From Bacteroidales bacterium (lineage in GTDB: Bacteria; Bacteroidota; Bacteroidia; Bacteroidales; JAUNSR01): a stretch of 64,000 nucleotides of DNA. The stretch covers positions 1,999 to 65,998 of the forward strand of contig JAUNSR010000016.1 of the NCBI GenBank assembly GCA_030539115.1, in the 5' to 3' direction. Each line of letters opens with the position of its first letter. Position 1 is the first letter of the stretch. Below, piece after piece: positions 20,625 through 30,827 of this stretch. Position numbers and translations under genes: made by a program. The notes beneath the pieces were generated by a model. It searched no databases. It was given only the letters and a program-made list of their open reading frames with translations, and was not told the origin of the DNA.

Positions 20625-22477
20625 GAAAAAATTACGAACTGGAAAAAAGAAAATATCTTATCTCAGGAGGCGCACTTCTGATAGTAATGATATACATTAT
20701 AAGGCTTTTTACATTGCAGGTGCTCGACAGCGACTATAAACGTTTTGCCGACAGTAATGCTTTTCTAAAAAAAACTATCTATCCTTCAAGAGGAATGATT
20801 TATGATAGAAACGGCAAACTCCTTGTTTTCAATCAGCCTGCCTATGATTTAATGATGGTGATGAGGGAGATTCAAACTTTTGACACTCTCGAGTTTTGTA
20901 ATACTATTAATATCTCCAAGGAACAATTTGACCAAAGAATTAAGGATGTTAAAAATAAAAGAAAAAATCCGGGCTATTCATCCTATACTCCTCAGGTGTT
21001 TATGACACAGCTTTCTGGCAAAGATTATGGAATACTTCAGGAGAAGCTGTATAAATTCCCCGGTTTTTATATCCAGAACAGAACTATCCGTCAATATAAT
21101 TTTGCAACTGCTCCCAATATATTAGGAAATATTAGAGAGGTTAAAGCCTCGGAAATAGAAAAAGACCCTTATTATACTCCGGGAGACTATACGGGTGACC
21201 TTGGCGTCGAGATGTCTTACGAGAAATATCTCAGGGGAGAAAAAGGAGTTGAAATTCTTCTTCGTGATGCTCATGGACGTGTAAAGGGAAGATATGAAGA
21301 TGGTCAGTACGATATGTCTCCTATTGCAGGAAGAAATCTAAAATTAAGCATAGATGTGGAACTTCAGCAATATGCCGATTCTCTTATGCAAAACAAAATC
21401 GGAGCTGTTGTGGCAATAGACCCGTCCACAGGAGAAATCCTTGCAATGGTATCTGCCCCATCTTATAATCCTGCTGATCTTATTGGCCGTGAAAGGGGTA
21501 AAAACTATTATAAATTGACAAAAGATCCATATTTGCCTTTGTTTGACAGAACTATTACTGCAACATATCCTCCGGGCTCTACATTTAAGCCTACTCAAGG
21601 GTTAATCGGACTTCAAGAGGGAGTAATTACCGAATCTACATCTTTTGGTTGCAGCATGGGTTACCATGTTGGAAATTTCCGTCTTGGATGCCATTCTCAT
21701 GCTTCCCCTCTTTCTGTTGTTCCTGCTATTGCAACATCGTGTAATGCATTCTTTTGTGCTACATTTAGAGCAGTTGTCGATAACAAAAAGAAGTATTCGA
21801 CAGTTCAAGAGGGTTTTGACAAATGGAAAGACTATATGGTGTCAATGGGTTATGGATATAAACTCGGTATAGACCTTCCCAATGAGAGTCGCGGGCTTAT
21901 TCCAAATAGTAAATACTATAATAAATATAAAACAGATAGATGGAAGTCTCTTAATGTAGTCTCTATAGCAATTGGACAGGGTGAAATTCAGGCTACCCCT
22001 CTTCAAATCGCAAACCTTGCGGCTACAATTGCAAACAGAGGATACTTTATTACTCCTCATGTAGTAAAAGAGATACAAGATACAGTACTTCCCGAAAAAT
22101 ATTTGGAAAAACATTATCCAATGGTTGATAAAAAATATTATGAGATAATGGTTGAGGGAATGGCTGCCGCCGTTACAGGAGGTACCGTTAGAAGTGGCGC
22201 TATTAAGGACATTGAAATGTGTGGAAAGACCGGTACAGCTCAAAATCCCCATGGTAGAGACCACTCAGTATTTATGGGTTTTGCTCCAAAAGACAATCCC
22301 AAAATTGCTATCTGTGTCTATGTGCCAAATGCGGGCTTCGGGGCAACATTTGGTGTTCCCATTGGGAGCCTTATTATAGAGAAGTATCTTAAGGGTTATA
22401 TTCCTGAAGAAAGAAAATGGATTGAAACAAATATGTTCAATGCCAATACATTGATTTATAACAATTATAGAAAGTAA
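20621..22477 (+). CDS. mrdA: Penicillin-binding protein 2
   Basis: RG.IYDRNG, PGSTFK (SxxK), SCN, KTGTAQ. Confidence 0.95.
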   Translation: MRKNYELEKRKYLISGGALLIVMIYIIRLFTLQVLDSDYKRFADSNAFLKKTIYPSRGMIYDRNGKLLVFNQPAYDLMMVMREIQTFDTLEFCNTINISKEQFDQRIKDVKNKRKNPGYSSYTPQVFMTQLSGKDYGILQEKLYKFPGFYIQNRTIRQYNFATAPNILGNIREVKASEIEKDPYYTPGDYTGDLGVEMSYEKYLRGEKGVEILLRDAHGRVKGRYEDGQYDMSPIAGRNLKLSIDVELQQYADSLMQNKIGAVVAIDPSTGEILAMVSAPSYNPADLIGRERGKNYYKLTKDPYLPLFDRTITATYPPGSTFKPTQGLIGLQEGVITESTSFGCSMGYHVGNFRLGCHSHASPLSVVPAIATSCNAFFCATFRAVVDNKKKYSTVQEGFDKWKDYMVSMGYGYKLGIDLPNESRGLIPNSKYYNKYKTDRWKSLNVVSIAIGQGEIQATPLQIANLAATIANRGYFITPHVVKEIQDTVLPEKYLEKHYPMVDKKYYEIMVEGMAAAVTGGTVRSGAIKDIEMCGKTGTAQNPHGRDHSVFMGFAPKDNPKIAICVYVPNAGFGATFGVPIGSLIIEKYLKGYIPEERKWIETNMFNANTLIYNNYRK

Positions 22478-22481
22478 CATA

Positions 22482-23930
22482 GTGAGATCACGTGCTGTTA
22501 ATATATGGAGGAGTTTAGACTGGTGGGTCATTGCTATCTACGCAGTTATGGTTTTTGCCGGTTGGGTAAGCATTTATGCCGCCAGCTACAATTATGATCA
22601 CACAAGCATCTTTGATTATGCCAGCCGTTCTGGAAAACAGTTGATTTGGATTTTCCTTGCCTTGGGACTCGGCGGATTTATTTTGCTTATAGATACAAGA
22701 ATCTTTGAGACCTATGCCCCCTTGATATATTTAGGCATGATAGCGCTGCTTGTCGTCACCATTTTTGTTGCTCCCGATGTTAAAGGTTCACGTTCCTGGC
22801 TCGTCTTGGGCCCTGTCAGCCTTCAGCCTGCAGAATTTGGCAAATTTTCTACCGCATTGATGCTTGCATGGCTTTTCAATACCTACAATTTTAAGTTTAC
22901 AAATGCAAAAAACTTTATTAAGGCGGTGCTAATTGTCATGGTGCCTTTCTTTCTTATCATCTTGCAAAAAGAGACCGGGTCTGCTCTTGTGTATTTGTCT
23001 TTTGTACTTGTTTTCTATCGTGAGGGAATGTCCGGACTTGTCATGATTGCAGGCATTGCCTCAATAATATTTTTTGTTATAGGAGTTAAATATGGTGGAG
23101 ATATTGTCGGCATCAGCAATTTAGGTCCAAGTATTGTACTTCAGCTGATAATTTTGCTTGTTGAGGGGATGCTGTTCTTTTTTACTGAAAATAGAAATGC
23201 GGCTAAATATCTTCTTCTTGCCCAAAGCGTTATTTTTGGTATATGCTATTTGATTAATATCTGGTTTCCTATAGACTTTGTTTATGTCGGAATCTTTATG
23301 TGTGCTGCAACATTAATTTATGTGCTCCTTCTGTACATTCAAACCAGATACAGCAAATATTTGGTTATCGGATTGTTTACAGCCTTTTTTGTCGGATTTC
23401 TTTTCTCTGTGGAATATGCATTTAATAATGTATTGGAACCTCATCAACAAATAAGAATTAAAGTTGCTCTTGGTATGGAGGATGATCCCCGTGGAGCAGG
23501 CTACAATGTAAACCAGGCAAAAATTGCAATTGGTTCGGGTGGCTTGTTTGGTAAAGGATTGCTCAATGGAACACAAACCAAACTTAAGTATGTTCCCGAA
23601 CAGGATACCGATTTCATTTTCTGCACTATTGGCGAAGAGGAGGGATTTGTAGGGTCTGTTTTTGTGCTTTTGCTTTTCACGGCATTGATTTTAAGACTTA
23701 TCCATCTTGCCGAGAGACAGCGTTCTATATTTTCAAGAGTTTATGGCTATTGCGTGGTCTCTGTTTTTTTGTTTCATCTATTCATAAATGTTGGAATGGT
23801 GATTGGACTATGCCCTGTTATAGGCATACCGTTGCCTTTATTTAGTTATGGAGGTTCCGGGCTGTGGTCATTCTCAATTCTTTTGTTCATATTCCTTCGT
23901 CTTGATGCATCAAGACTTGAAAAATATTAA
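22482..23930 (+). CDS. rodA: SEDS glycosyltransferase RodA
   Basis: QPAEFGK, IGSGG..GKG, PEQDTDFIF, SYGGS. Confidence 0.95.
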   Translation: MRSRAVNIWRSLDWWVIAIYAVMVFAGWVSIYAASYNYDHTSIFDYASRSGKQLIWIFLALGLGGFILLIDTRIFETYAPLIYLGMIALLVVTIFVAPDVKGSRSWLVLGPVSLQPAEFGKFSTALMLAWLFNTYNFKFTNAKNFIKAVLIVMVPFFLIILQKETGSALVYLSFVLVFYREGMSGLVMIAGIASIIFFVIGVKYGGDIVGISNLGPSIVLQLIILLVEGMLFFFTENRNAAKYLLLAQSVIFGICYLINIWFPIDFVYVGIFMCAATLIYVLLLYIQTRYSKYLVIGLFTAFFVGFLFSVEYAFNNVLEPHQQIRIKVALGMEDDPRGAGYNVNQAKIAIGSGGLFGKGLLNGTQTKLKYVPEQDTDFIFCTIGEEEGFVGSVFVLLLFTALILRLIHLAERQRSIFSRVYGYCVVSVFLFHLFINVGMVIGLCPVIGIPLPLFSYGGSGLWSFSILLFIFLRLDASRLEKY

Positions 23931-23973
23931 AAAAAAGGATATGGTTTATTTGCAGTAAATCATATCCTTTTTT
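23931..23973. terminator. Bidirectional terminator between rodA and gntR
   Basis: AAAAAAGGATATGGTT / AATCATATCCTTTTTT inverted repeat with A and T tails. Confidence 0.75.
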
Positions 23974-23996
23974 CTTTATAATATTGCTTCTTTACA

Positions 23997-24992
23997 TTAT
24001 AAAGTTGACCTTTGAGCAAAATAGAATTCATTTTCTATTTTTTCTTTCCTGTTGTTTATAATAATATCGCACAGATTTTTGCCAAGTTTTTCAAAATCAG
24101 TAGAAATAACACTTACTCCTCTGTTTAGAATTTTCCTTATAGGTGTATCATCAAAGCCTATCAACCCTATATCTTTGCCCAATTCCCAATTGTTTGAATA
24201 TGCCTTCTCCATCACTCTCACCATGCACACATCTGAAACAACCAGATATGCTGCCCCTTTTACTATATCTTCATCATTCAGCGGATCGCATATTTCATAC
24301 TTGAAGCCATAGTCATTGCAAAAATCTACATACCCTTTAATAATACTGTTTGGCGTAAACTGAAACTCCCTGTGTATCGATATTTTAAAAGAATTATATT
24401 TTCTTAAATCGGGAAGAGCCTTAACCAAAGAAGAATATGTCTGATGATAAAATGGCTGAACAATGGATGTATAATTGTTTTCTCTTGGCAAATCTCCATC
24501 TACAAGTATTATTTTTTCCTGAGGAATATTTTTTATTATATCTGAAATGTCATTGTCAAAAAATGGCATGATAGCATAATGAGTGTAATTGCCTGCATTG
24601 TCCTCTATTAGCCTTTTGAATAATTTTAGATTATGATAATGAAAATGTACATCCACCAACGCCCTTTCTCCAATGCTATCTACAAAAGATTTATAAAAAA
24701 CCTCTTTATAGGGTCTCATTGTATCCATTATTAAAAGTATATGGTATTTATGCTTTACATCGTTTGTCAATATATAAAACCCTTTTCCGGGAACAGAAAC
24801 AATATATCCCAATTCCCTTAGCTCATACAAAGACTTTATTACGGTATCTCTTGAAACATTCAATGATGATTGTAATTCATTTATCGATGGCAGCTTGTCA
24901 TCGGTCTTTAAGATCCCTTTTTTTATATTCTCTATTATCGACTGAACCACGGATTTATATAACGGCATTTTCTTGTTTAAGTTGAATTCCAT
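23997..24992 (-). CDS. GntR-family regulator with C-terminal sugar-binding (LacI-like) domain
   Basis: LPSINEL...VSRDTV...L...G......GKGFY HTH; DIGLIGFDD, ISTDFEKLG. Confidence 0.88.
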   Translation of the reverse strand: MEFNLNKKMPLYKSVVQSIIENIKKGILKTDDKLPSINELQSSLNVSRDTVIKSLYELRELGYIVSVPGKGFYILTNDVKHKYHILLIMDTMRPYKEVFYKSFVDSIGERALVDVHFHYHNLKLFKRLIEDNAGNYTHYAIMPFFDNDISDIIKNIPQEKIILVDGDLPRENNYTSIVQPFYHQTYSSLVKALPDLRKYNSFKISIHREFQFTPNSIIKGYVDFCNDYGFKYEICDPLNDEDIVKGAAYLVVSDVCMVRVMEKAYSNNWELGKDIGLIGFDDTPIRKILNRGVSVISTDFEKLGKNLCDIIINNRKEKIENEFYFAQRSTL

Positions 24993-25498
24993 ATTCCTTT
25001 ATCGATTATCGGCTCTTCTTTTTTGAATAATGTTGTAAATGAATAAAGTTGAGCATACCCAGTGTGCTCCTTTTATTGTGATAAGCTATCTGTTTCAATT
25101 GTAATGTGGTATATGAGATGATAAAAAATTATCAGCTAATGTCACATACTTTTCTTACATATCTCAAAATTAAAAAGTTAGTTTAAATATTCAATTAAAT
25201 TGTTTTTTATTTATTATATGAAGCTCATCTATTCTGCTGACAATAAATTAATTTCCTTTGTCAATTTTTTTATTTTGATTGTCAAAAATGTAAAAATACA
25301 CTAATATAAACAAATAAATACTATAATGTTTTATATAATATATTTAAGTGTTTGTTTTATTATACTTGAATGCACTACAAAAATTGATGGCAAAAATAAA
25401 AAAAATGCTGATCAAAATGTATGAATTGACGATATCATTTAGAAAAGTAATAATTTGAAAATATATATGTTATAATTAATATCAAGTTAATTAATTTA

Positions 25499-25531
25499 TA
25501 TATTTGCATGAAACATAACAGTGCATAACAG
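25499..25531 (+). promoter_or_regulatory. -7 promoter element followed by CATAACAG direct repeat (candidate operator)
   Basis: TATATTTG at 25499-25506; CATAACAG at 25514 and 25524. Confidence 0.45.
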
Positions 25532-25761
25532 ATTAGGCAGTGAAAAACAGACTATTATTACCAATTATAATATTTGTTTAATATGTCTGCAACTGCGTGG
25601 AGGAAAGGAGGAACAAGAAAATACAAATTGGAGGAATGTCAAGTATATTGCCATTGGAGATTAGGAAACCGAAATGTCCTGTTACTCAATAGTCTATTTA
25701 TTAAATGAAAAGGCCTGTAAGTATAAAAAATATAATAAAACTGCCATAAAAACATATTATT

Positions 25762-27189
25762 ATGAAACACATATTATTAAAATCTATAATGTCGTTGTTT
25801 TTAAGTTCATCGTTGAGCTTAATGTCCCAGAATTCAATGCCAGATATTCAAATATCTGAAAACAAGCATTTTTTGCAATATGAAAATGGAAAGCCTTTTT
25901 TCTATTTAGGAGACACGGCTTGGGAGCTTTTTCATAGGTTGAACCGAGAGGAGATGGACAATTATTTTTCTGTAAGAAAGCAGCAGGGCTACAATGTTGT
26001 TCAGGCGGTGGCTTTGTCTGAGGTTGATGGACTTAATGTTCCCAACAGATATGGTTTTCTACCTTTTAATGAATTTAACCCTGAAAAGCCAGCAGTTAAA
26101 GATGGCGACAACAATGATTATTGGGATAATGTAGATTATGCAGTCGAGAAGGCAAACAGTTTGGGCATTTATATTGGACTTTTGCCTACTTGGGGAAGAT
26201 ATTGGAATGATGGAAAGCCACTGTTTAACAAGGATAATGCATATAAATATGGCCGTTTTATCGGCAGCCGTTATAAAAACAAGGGCGTTATATGGATTCT
26301 CGGAGGAGACCGCCCTGCAGACAATAAGAACAAGAAAGAGATTCTTAGAGCCATGGCAAAAGGTATCAGAGATGCAGGCGCCAAGCAATTAATGACATTT
26401 CATCCCTGCGGAGGGTGTGGCTCCTCACAATGGCTTAATGATGAGGATTGGCTTGACTTTAATATGCGTCAAAATGGTCATGCAGTAAATTACACCGGAA
26501 GATATTCAAATACGATAAACGATTACAATTTAAAAAGAGTAAGACCTGTAATCGATGGTGAACCTGTATATGAGGATCATCCAATAGATTTTAATCCGGA
26601 CAATCAGGGCTTTTCTACATCAGCAGATGTAAGAAGAGCAATTTATTGGGATCTGTTTAATGGTGCTTGCGGACATACCTATGGTCATCATGCTGTTTGG
26701 CAAATGTATGATAAAGAAGCCGGAAGAGGTCCAATCAATTCTCCGCTTCTTTGTTGGAAGGATGCAATACATCAGCCTGGAGCCACTCAAATGGTTTATG
26801 CAAAAAAGCTTGTTGAAAGCCGTCCATATTTTACCCGTGTTCCGGCTCCTGAAATTATAGTTGAGAGTGAAGTTAGAAATTCTGTTCCGGGGGCAGGGAG
26901 ATATCATTTTAATGCCACTAAGGATTCTAAAAATACCTATGCTTTTGTTTATGTTCCTGTCGGACGTCGTTTTGAAATAAATCTAACCGAGGCTTTGTCT
27001 GATAAGAATCTTGTTGCATGGTGGTATAACCCAAGAAATGGAGAGGCTAAGAAGATCGGTAAATTTAAAAATGAAGGCAATTTGTCATTTATATCTCCAA
27101 CACCTGGTGAGAACCTTGACTGGATACTTGTTGTGGATAATGCTTCATCAAGATATAAAGTTCCGGGTAAACATAAAGAAAACAAATAA
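25762..27189 (+). CDS. DUF4038 / GH140-like (apiosidase-like) glycoside hydrolase with C-terminal collagen-binding-like domain
   Basis: PFFYLGDTAWELFHRL, LLPTWG, WILGGD, MTFHP, IDGEPVYE, GHTYGHH, WWYNPRNG. Confidence 0.85.
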   Translation: MKHILLKSIMSLFLSSSLSLMSQNSMPDIQISENKHFLQYENGKPFFYLGDTAWELFHRLNREEMDNYFSVRKQQGYNVVQAVALSEVDGLNVPNRYGFLPFNEFNPEKPAVKDGDNNDYWDNVDYAVEKANSLGIYIGLLPTWGRYWNDGKPLFNKDNAYKYGRFIGSRYKNKGVIWILGGDRPADNKNKKEILRAMAKGIRDAGAKQLMTFHPCGGCGSSQWLNDEDWLDFNMRQNGHAVNYTGRYSNTINDYNLKRVRPVIDGEPVYEDHPIDFNPDNQGFSTSADVRRAIYWDLFNGACGHTYGHHAVWQMYDKEAGRGPINSPLLCWKDAIHQPGATQMVYAKKLVESRPYFTRVPAPEIIVESEVRNSVPGAGRYHFNATKDSKNTYAFVYVPVGRRFEINLTEALSDKNLVAWWYNPRNGEAKKIGKFKNEGNLSFISPTPGENLDWILVVDNASSRYKVPGKHKENK

Positions 27190-27198
27190 TTGGAAGTT

Positions 27199-29406
27199 AT
27201 GATAAGGCAATTGATCTTATTTTTCCCACTGTTGATAAATTGTTATGACTCGGATTCTACTGTCTCGGATGAAGTTGAGCCTATTGATAAAACTTTTAAG
27301 GAGTACACAACATCATGGATTGGCAATGACGGAGGAACTCAAATGACTCATATCCCTCACGATATGCTTAATTTGTATGTGAGTAATGATGGATTGGCTG
27401 CTACGGTATGTCAATGGGATGAGGGTGGAAGCAATGTCGTGGTGTTTAAAAATGGAGAAATATTATCTGTACCAGAGGGTTCGGGAACCGGAGGCTGGGG
27501 CCGTTTCTCGGAAAGATATGTTGCACTTGACAAAAAATATACCTATCAACTATTATCACAAAACGGATGTGACGGAGCAAACAAGGATAATAATAAAAAC
27601 GGGCTTCCGCAATACCCTGATTGTAATGATGAGTCTTTGTGGAGAACCGTAAGACGATATGAGATAAACACCGGGAAAGGAGCTCCATTTAAAAATGGCT
27701 ATGGTTATAATGGCGATATGCTGATCGTATGTCATGGGGAGCAAAGAAAAATGGGCGGATTGGCAATTACTGACAATGATTTGTTTGTTGCAGTTTCAAA
27801 ATCCAATTCATCAATGAAAGATTCTATCTTTATTTTTGATAAGGCATCAATGACAAAGAAAAATCGCTTTGCGCTAGATTTTATGCCTGATGATATACAT
27901 GCTGATTCTAAAGGATTATTATGGTGTTTGTCAGATAATAAAATAATTACCGTCTCACAAAAAGATGGAAGCAATAAAAATATTGTCATTTCTTTGCCAA
28001 AAGAGAGCAGAAGTTCAACATTTTGCATTGATGAGAATGGTCAAAGAGCATTGATTCCTAATTGCGGGGTTGACATGGATATTTTAATCTTTAAAAATAT
28101 ATACAATAATCCCAGACAAGATGTATCATTTGGTGTAAAAGGCGGTGTTTTCGCAAAGGAGAGGAATTTTATTCAAGGAGAAGCCGGACCTTTAAGATTT
28201 TCAGGTCCTCGAGGTGTTGGCATCGATGAGAATGGAAATATTTATGTTGCCAATCAATTTATTGGCGGAGGCAGAGGTACAAGTCTTGAGTGCTATAATG
28301 AAAAGAGCAAGAAACTTATATGGAAAAAGGAGGGCTTGATATTTACCGCTACAGCGGCATTTTCAAAGACAGATAAGAATATTGTTTATTCTCCTGAGAA
28401 GATACATCGGTATGAAAATACTGATAAAGGAGTGCGTCAGGATAAACTGATTGGTTACACTTTAAATCCTTTTAAATTTAAAAATGATGAAAGAGGCATA
28501 AAGGATGGAGCGTTTATAACCTCAAGTTTTACCTCACAGATTAATGGCAAAGATTTTCTTTTTGTTTCCGATATGTATGGCGGCATGATTGAGGGTTATC
28601 GCTTTGATAGAGAAAAGGAGGGTTATATCGGCATACCATTTTTAAATATGTATAATGGCGATCCGGATAAAGATTATCCGATAAAGAGTTGGGTTGATAG
28701 AAACGGTAATTCTATAAAAGAGGATAATGAGATCGAAAATGTTAAAGAGCCAAATCAATATTCAATGAGCTTTTGCGCCGATGTAAATGGAAATATCTGG
28801 CGTGGAACAAGAAATAAAGGCTTTATGCTTTGGAGACAAAAGGGATTGAATGAGAATGACATACCTGTCTATGACAAATGTCATCTTTTCCGGTTGCCGC
28901 AAGGAATAACAGATTCGAAAAGAATTTGGTATGATACAGAAAAGGATGAATTGTTTTTAGCAGGCTTTTCAGATAAATATCCTGATAAACAAGATACTTG
29001 GTGGTGTATGGGCAGCACAATCGTAAAGTTGAAGGATTTTCTTAAACGAGTGGATTCAGGAGATACTGATGTCCAAAATTGGAAGCCTGATATGGCGGTT
29101 TATATTCCATTTAATATAGAGGATGGAAGCAAAAAAGATTACACCAATGCAAAGGCATTTACAGTTTGCGGTGATTATATTTTTGTTGCCATAGCAAGAG
29201 AAGGCTTTGTTACTGTCTATGACAGAATAAATGGCAAATACATTGGCAAATTAAAGCCGGGAAAAGAGGTTAATGAACAGAGTGGTTGGAGTGACTTTAA
29301 TTATACTCTCAATGTAAAACACAATTCCGATGATTCATATTCTATATTTAATGAAGAGAATGCATTTGGTAAAGTGATTAAATATGATATTAAAAAATTC
29401 GATTAG
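27199..29406 (+). CDS. Uncharacterised beta-propeller (NHL/SMP-30-like) probable lipoprotein
   Basis: Short hydrophobic leader ending INC followed by an acidic stretch; TSWIGN start motif, F.GPRGVGIDENGNIYVA NHL-like blade, WVDRNGN Ca-binding-like loop. Confidence 0.6.
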   Translation: MIRQLILFFPLLINCYDSDSTVSDEVEPIDKTFKEYTTSWIGNDGGTQMTHIPHDMLNLYVSNDGLAATVCQWDEGGSNVVVFKNGEILSVPEGSGTGGWGRFSERYVALDKKYTYQLLSQNGCDGANKDNNKNGLPQYPDCNDESLWRTVRRYEINTGKGAPFKNGYGYNGDMLIVCHGEQRKMGGLAITDNDLFVAVSKSNSSMKDSIFIFDKASMTKKNRFALDFMPDDIHADSKGLLWCLSDNKIITVSQKDGSNKNIVISLPKESRSSTFCIDENGQRALIPNCGVDMDILIFKNIYNNPRQDVSFGVKGGVFAKERNFIQGEAGPLRFSGPRGVGIDENGNIYVANQFIGGGRGTSLECYNEKSKKLIWKKEGLIFTATAAFSKTDKNIVYSPEKIHRYENTDKGVRQDKLIGYTLNPFKFKNDERGIKDGAFITSSFTSQINGKDFLFVSDMYGGMIEGYRFDREKEGYIGIPFLNMYNGDPDKDYPIKSWVDRNGNSIKEDNEIENVKEPNQYSMSFCADVNGNIWRGTRNKGFMLWRQKGLNENDIPVYDKCHLFRLPQGITDSKRIWYDTEKDELFLAGFSDKYPDKQDTWWCMGSTIVKLKDFLKRVDSGDTDVQNWKPDMAVYIPFNIEDGSKKDYTNAKAFTVCGDYIFVAIAREGFVTVYDRINGKYIGKLKPGKEVNEQSGWSDFNYTLNVKHNSDDSYSIFNEENAFGKVIKYDIKKFD

Positions 29407-29446
29407 TATGTGTTTTATGATTCTTTAAAAATAGCTGATTTATATA

Positions 29447-29487
29447 AAAGAGCCGGAAATTTTATCTGATGATTTTTTCGGCTCTTT
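29447..29487 (+). terminator. Terminator after the beta-propeller gene
   Basis: AAAGAGCCGGAAA / TTTTCGGCTCTTT inverted repeat. Confidence 0.65.
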
Positions 29488-29536
29488 CTTATTATTATTA
29501 AATGTGATGGCAATTGTGAAAATAATCAGATAACAA

Positions 29537-30030
29537 TTTAAAAGATGTTCTTAAAGTAATAAATATGTTTCTACCGGACGCGTTAATGCCTGAAAGAAAG
29601 CCGGGTTATTGAGATTCATGAATATTTTTCAATCCCAATTGCAGTGTCATATAATTTAGAACATTGTATTCTGCCTTTAAATTTAATGTAAACCATGCCG
29701 AAAATTTCATTGCCCTCTTTACCAGGATTTGTGGCATATTGTATATTGCTTTCTCCATCCGAATTATATCCGGAAAGACTTTTCCTGTCATTAAAAATAG
29801 AATAAAGAGAAACTCTGTATCTGTTGTTGAAAGATGCATAGTTAAAACCTGTTTTGCCATAAAGAGGAGAAATGTAATCCAATGGAGCTTTTGAATGAGA
29901 AACTATCTGATCAAAACAATAATTCAATGAAAGTACTGAACTGAAGCCTTTGACAATATCTGTATTTACAGTGGTGGTCCTGTCGGATGTATAAGACCTG
30001 CCGATATCCTTTTTTTCAAAAAGCTGTTTA
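29537..30030 (-). pseudogene. C-terminal remnant of a TonB-dependent receptor
   Basis: APLDYISPLYG..GESNIQYAT, then frameshift to AWFTLNLKAEY..TLQLGLKNI..Q*..SGINASGRNIFITLRTSF; internal stop at 29606-29608. Confidence 0.75.
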
Positions 30031-30198
30031 TCTCACCTTAATACATTATCTATTCTTTCCCATTTAAAAAAGTCTATTCTTCTATTTATTGCTGTATAAT
30101 TAAAAAAATAAATCTAATAGATTATTATGCAAAATCAATCTTAGATTCTATATTGTTTAGAATATCATGATATGTATCACAATATAAAAATTAATAAC

Positions 30199-30248
30199 AA
30201 AAAATCCGATTGAACATTTAGCAATCATTTGCAAATGTTCAATCGGAT
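30199..30248 (-). terminator. Terminator of the rny-ricT-gldH unit
   Basis: ATCCGATTGAACATTT / AAATGTTCAATCGGAT inverted repeat with T-run on the minus strand. Confidence 0.75.
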
Positions 30249-30332
30249 ATATCTATTAAAACAATAATTTTAATGACAATAAGCCCGTTTCTGTTCTTTT
30301 AAGCACACTGAATAATCTAAAATAAATAAAGA

Positions 30333-30827
30333 CTATTCTTTGGATATCTTCAGATTAATGCTTTCAATACCATAAATATTATGATCTTTCATTGCTTGAC
30401 GAACAACGAATAAATAATCTCCGGAAACAGGAAAACTATATTTACTTTTTATCAAAGTACTGGAATTAATTAATGAGCCCCAACCTTTTTCTTTCCATTT
30501 GCCATCGTCATTTGTTAGTCTGATGTCGAGAGTGTCCTTGTATAAAACAGAGTCGGAGGAATCAATAATTGTGAATTCCAAACCGATATTTTGATATTTA
30601 TAATTATAATCGTTGCGAATACCAATACCAATCTCATAAAAAGAGGCAGAATCATTAATTGAAGCAATCCATTTTAGTGAATCAGTGTGTGTCCATCCTT
30701 TTGGATAGGATACCAAACTTTTATTATAGACTGTATTCTTGTCTATGCAGGCTGCAAAAAGAGATAGAATAAACAAAAAGATTATTCTATTCTTGAACAG
30801 GTTTAATGTTCTTAGCAGGGTTGTCAT
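30333..30827 (-). CDS. gldH: GldH-family lipoprotein
   Basis: Lipobox FAAC, GW..DSL, IRND.NY.YQNI, DTL...L....G.W..KG.G; start MTTLL overlaps the ricT 3' end. Confidence 0.8.
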   Translation of the reverse strand: MTTLLRTLNLFKNRIIFLFILSLFAACIDKNTVYNKSLVSYPKGWTHTDSLKWIASINDSASFYEIGIGIRNDYNYKYQNIGLEFTIIDSSDSVLYKDTLDIRLTNDDGKWKEKGWGSLINSSTLIKSKYSFPVSGDYLFVVRQAMKDHNIYGIESINLKISKE

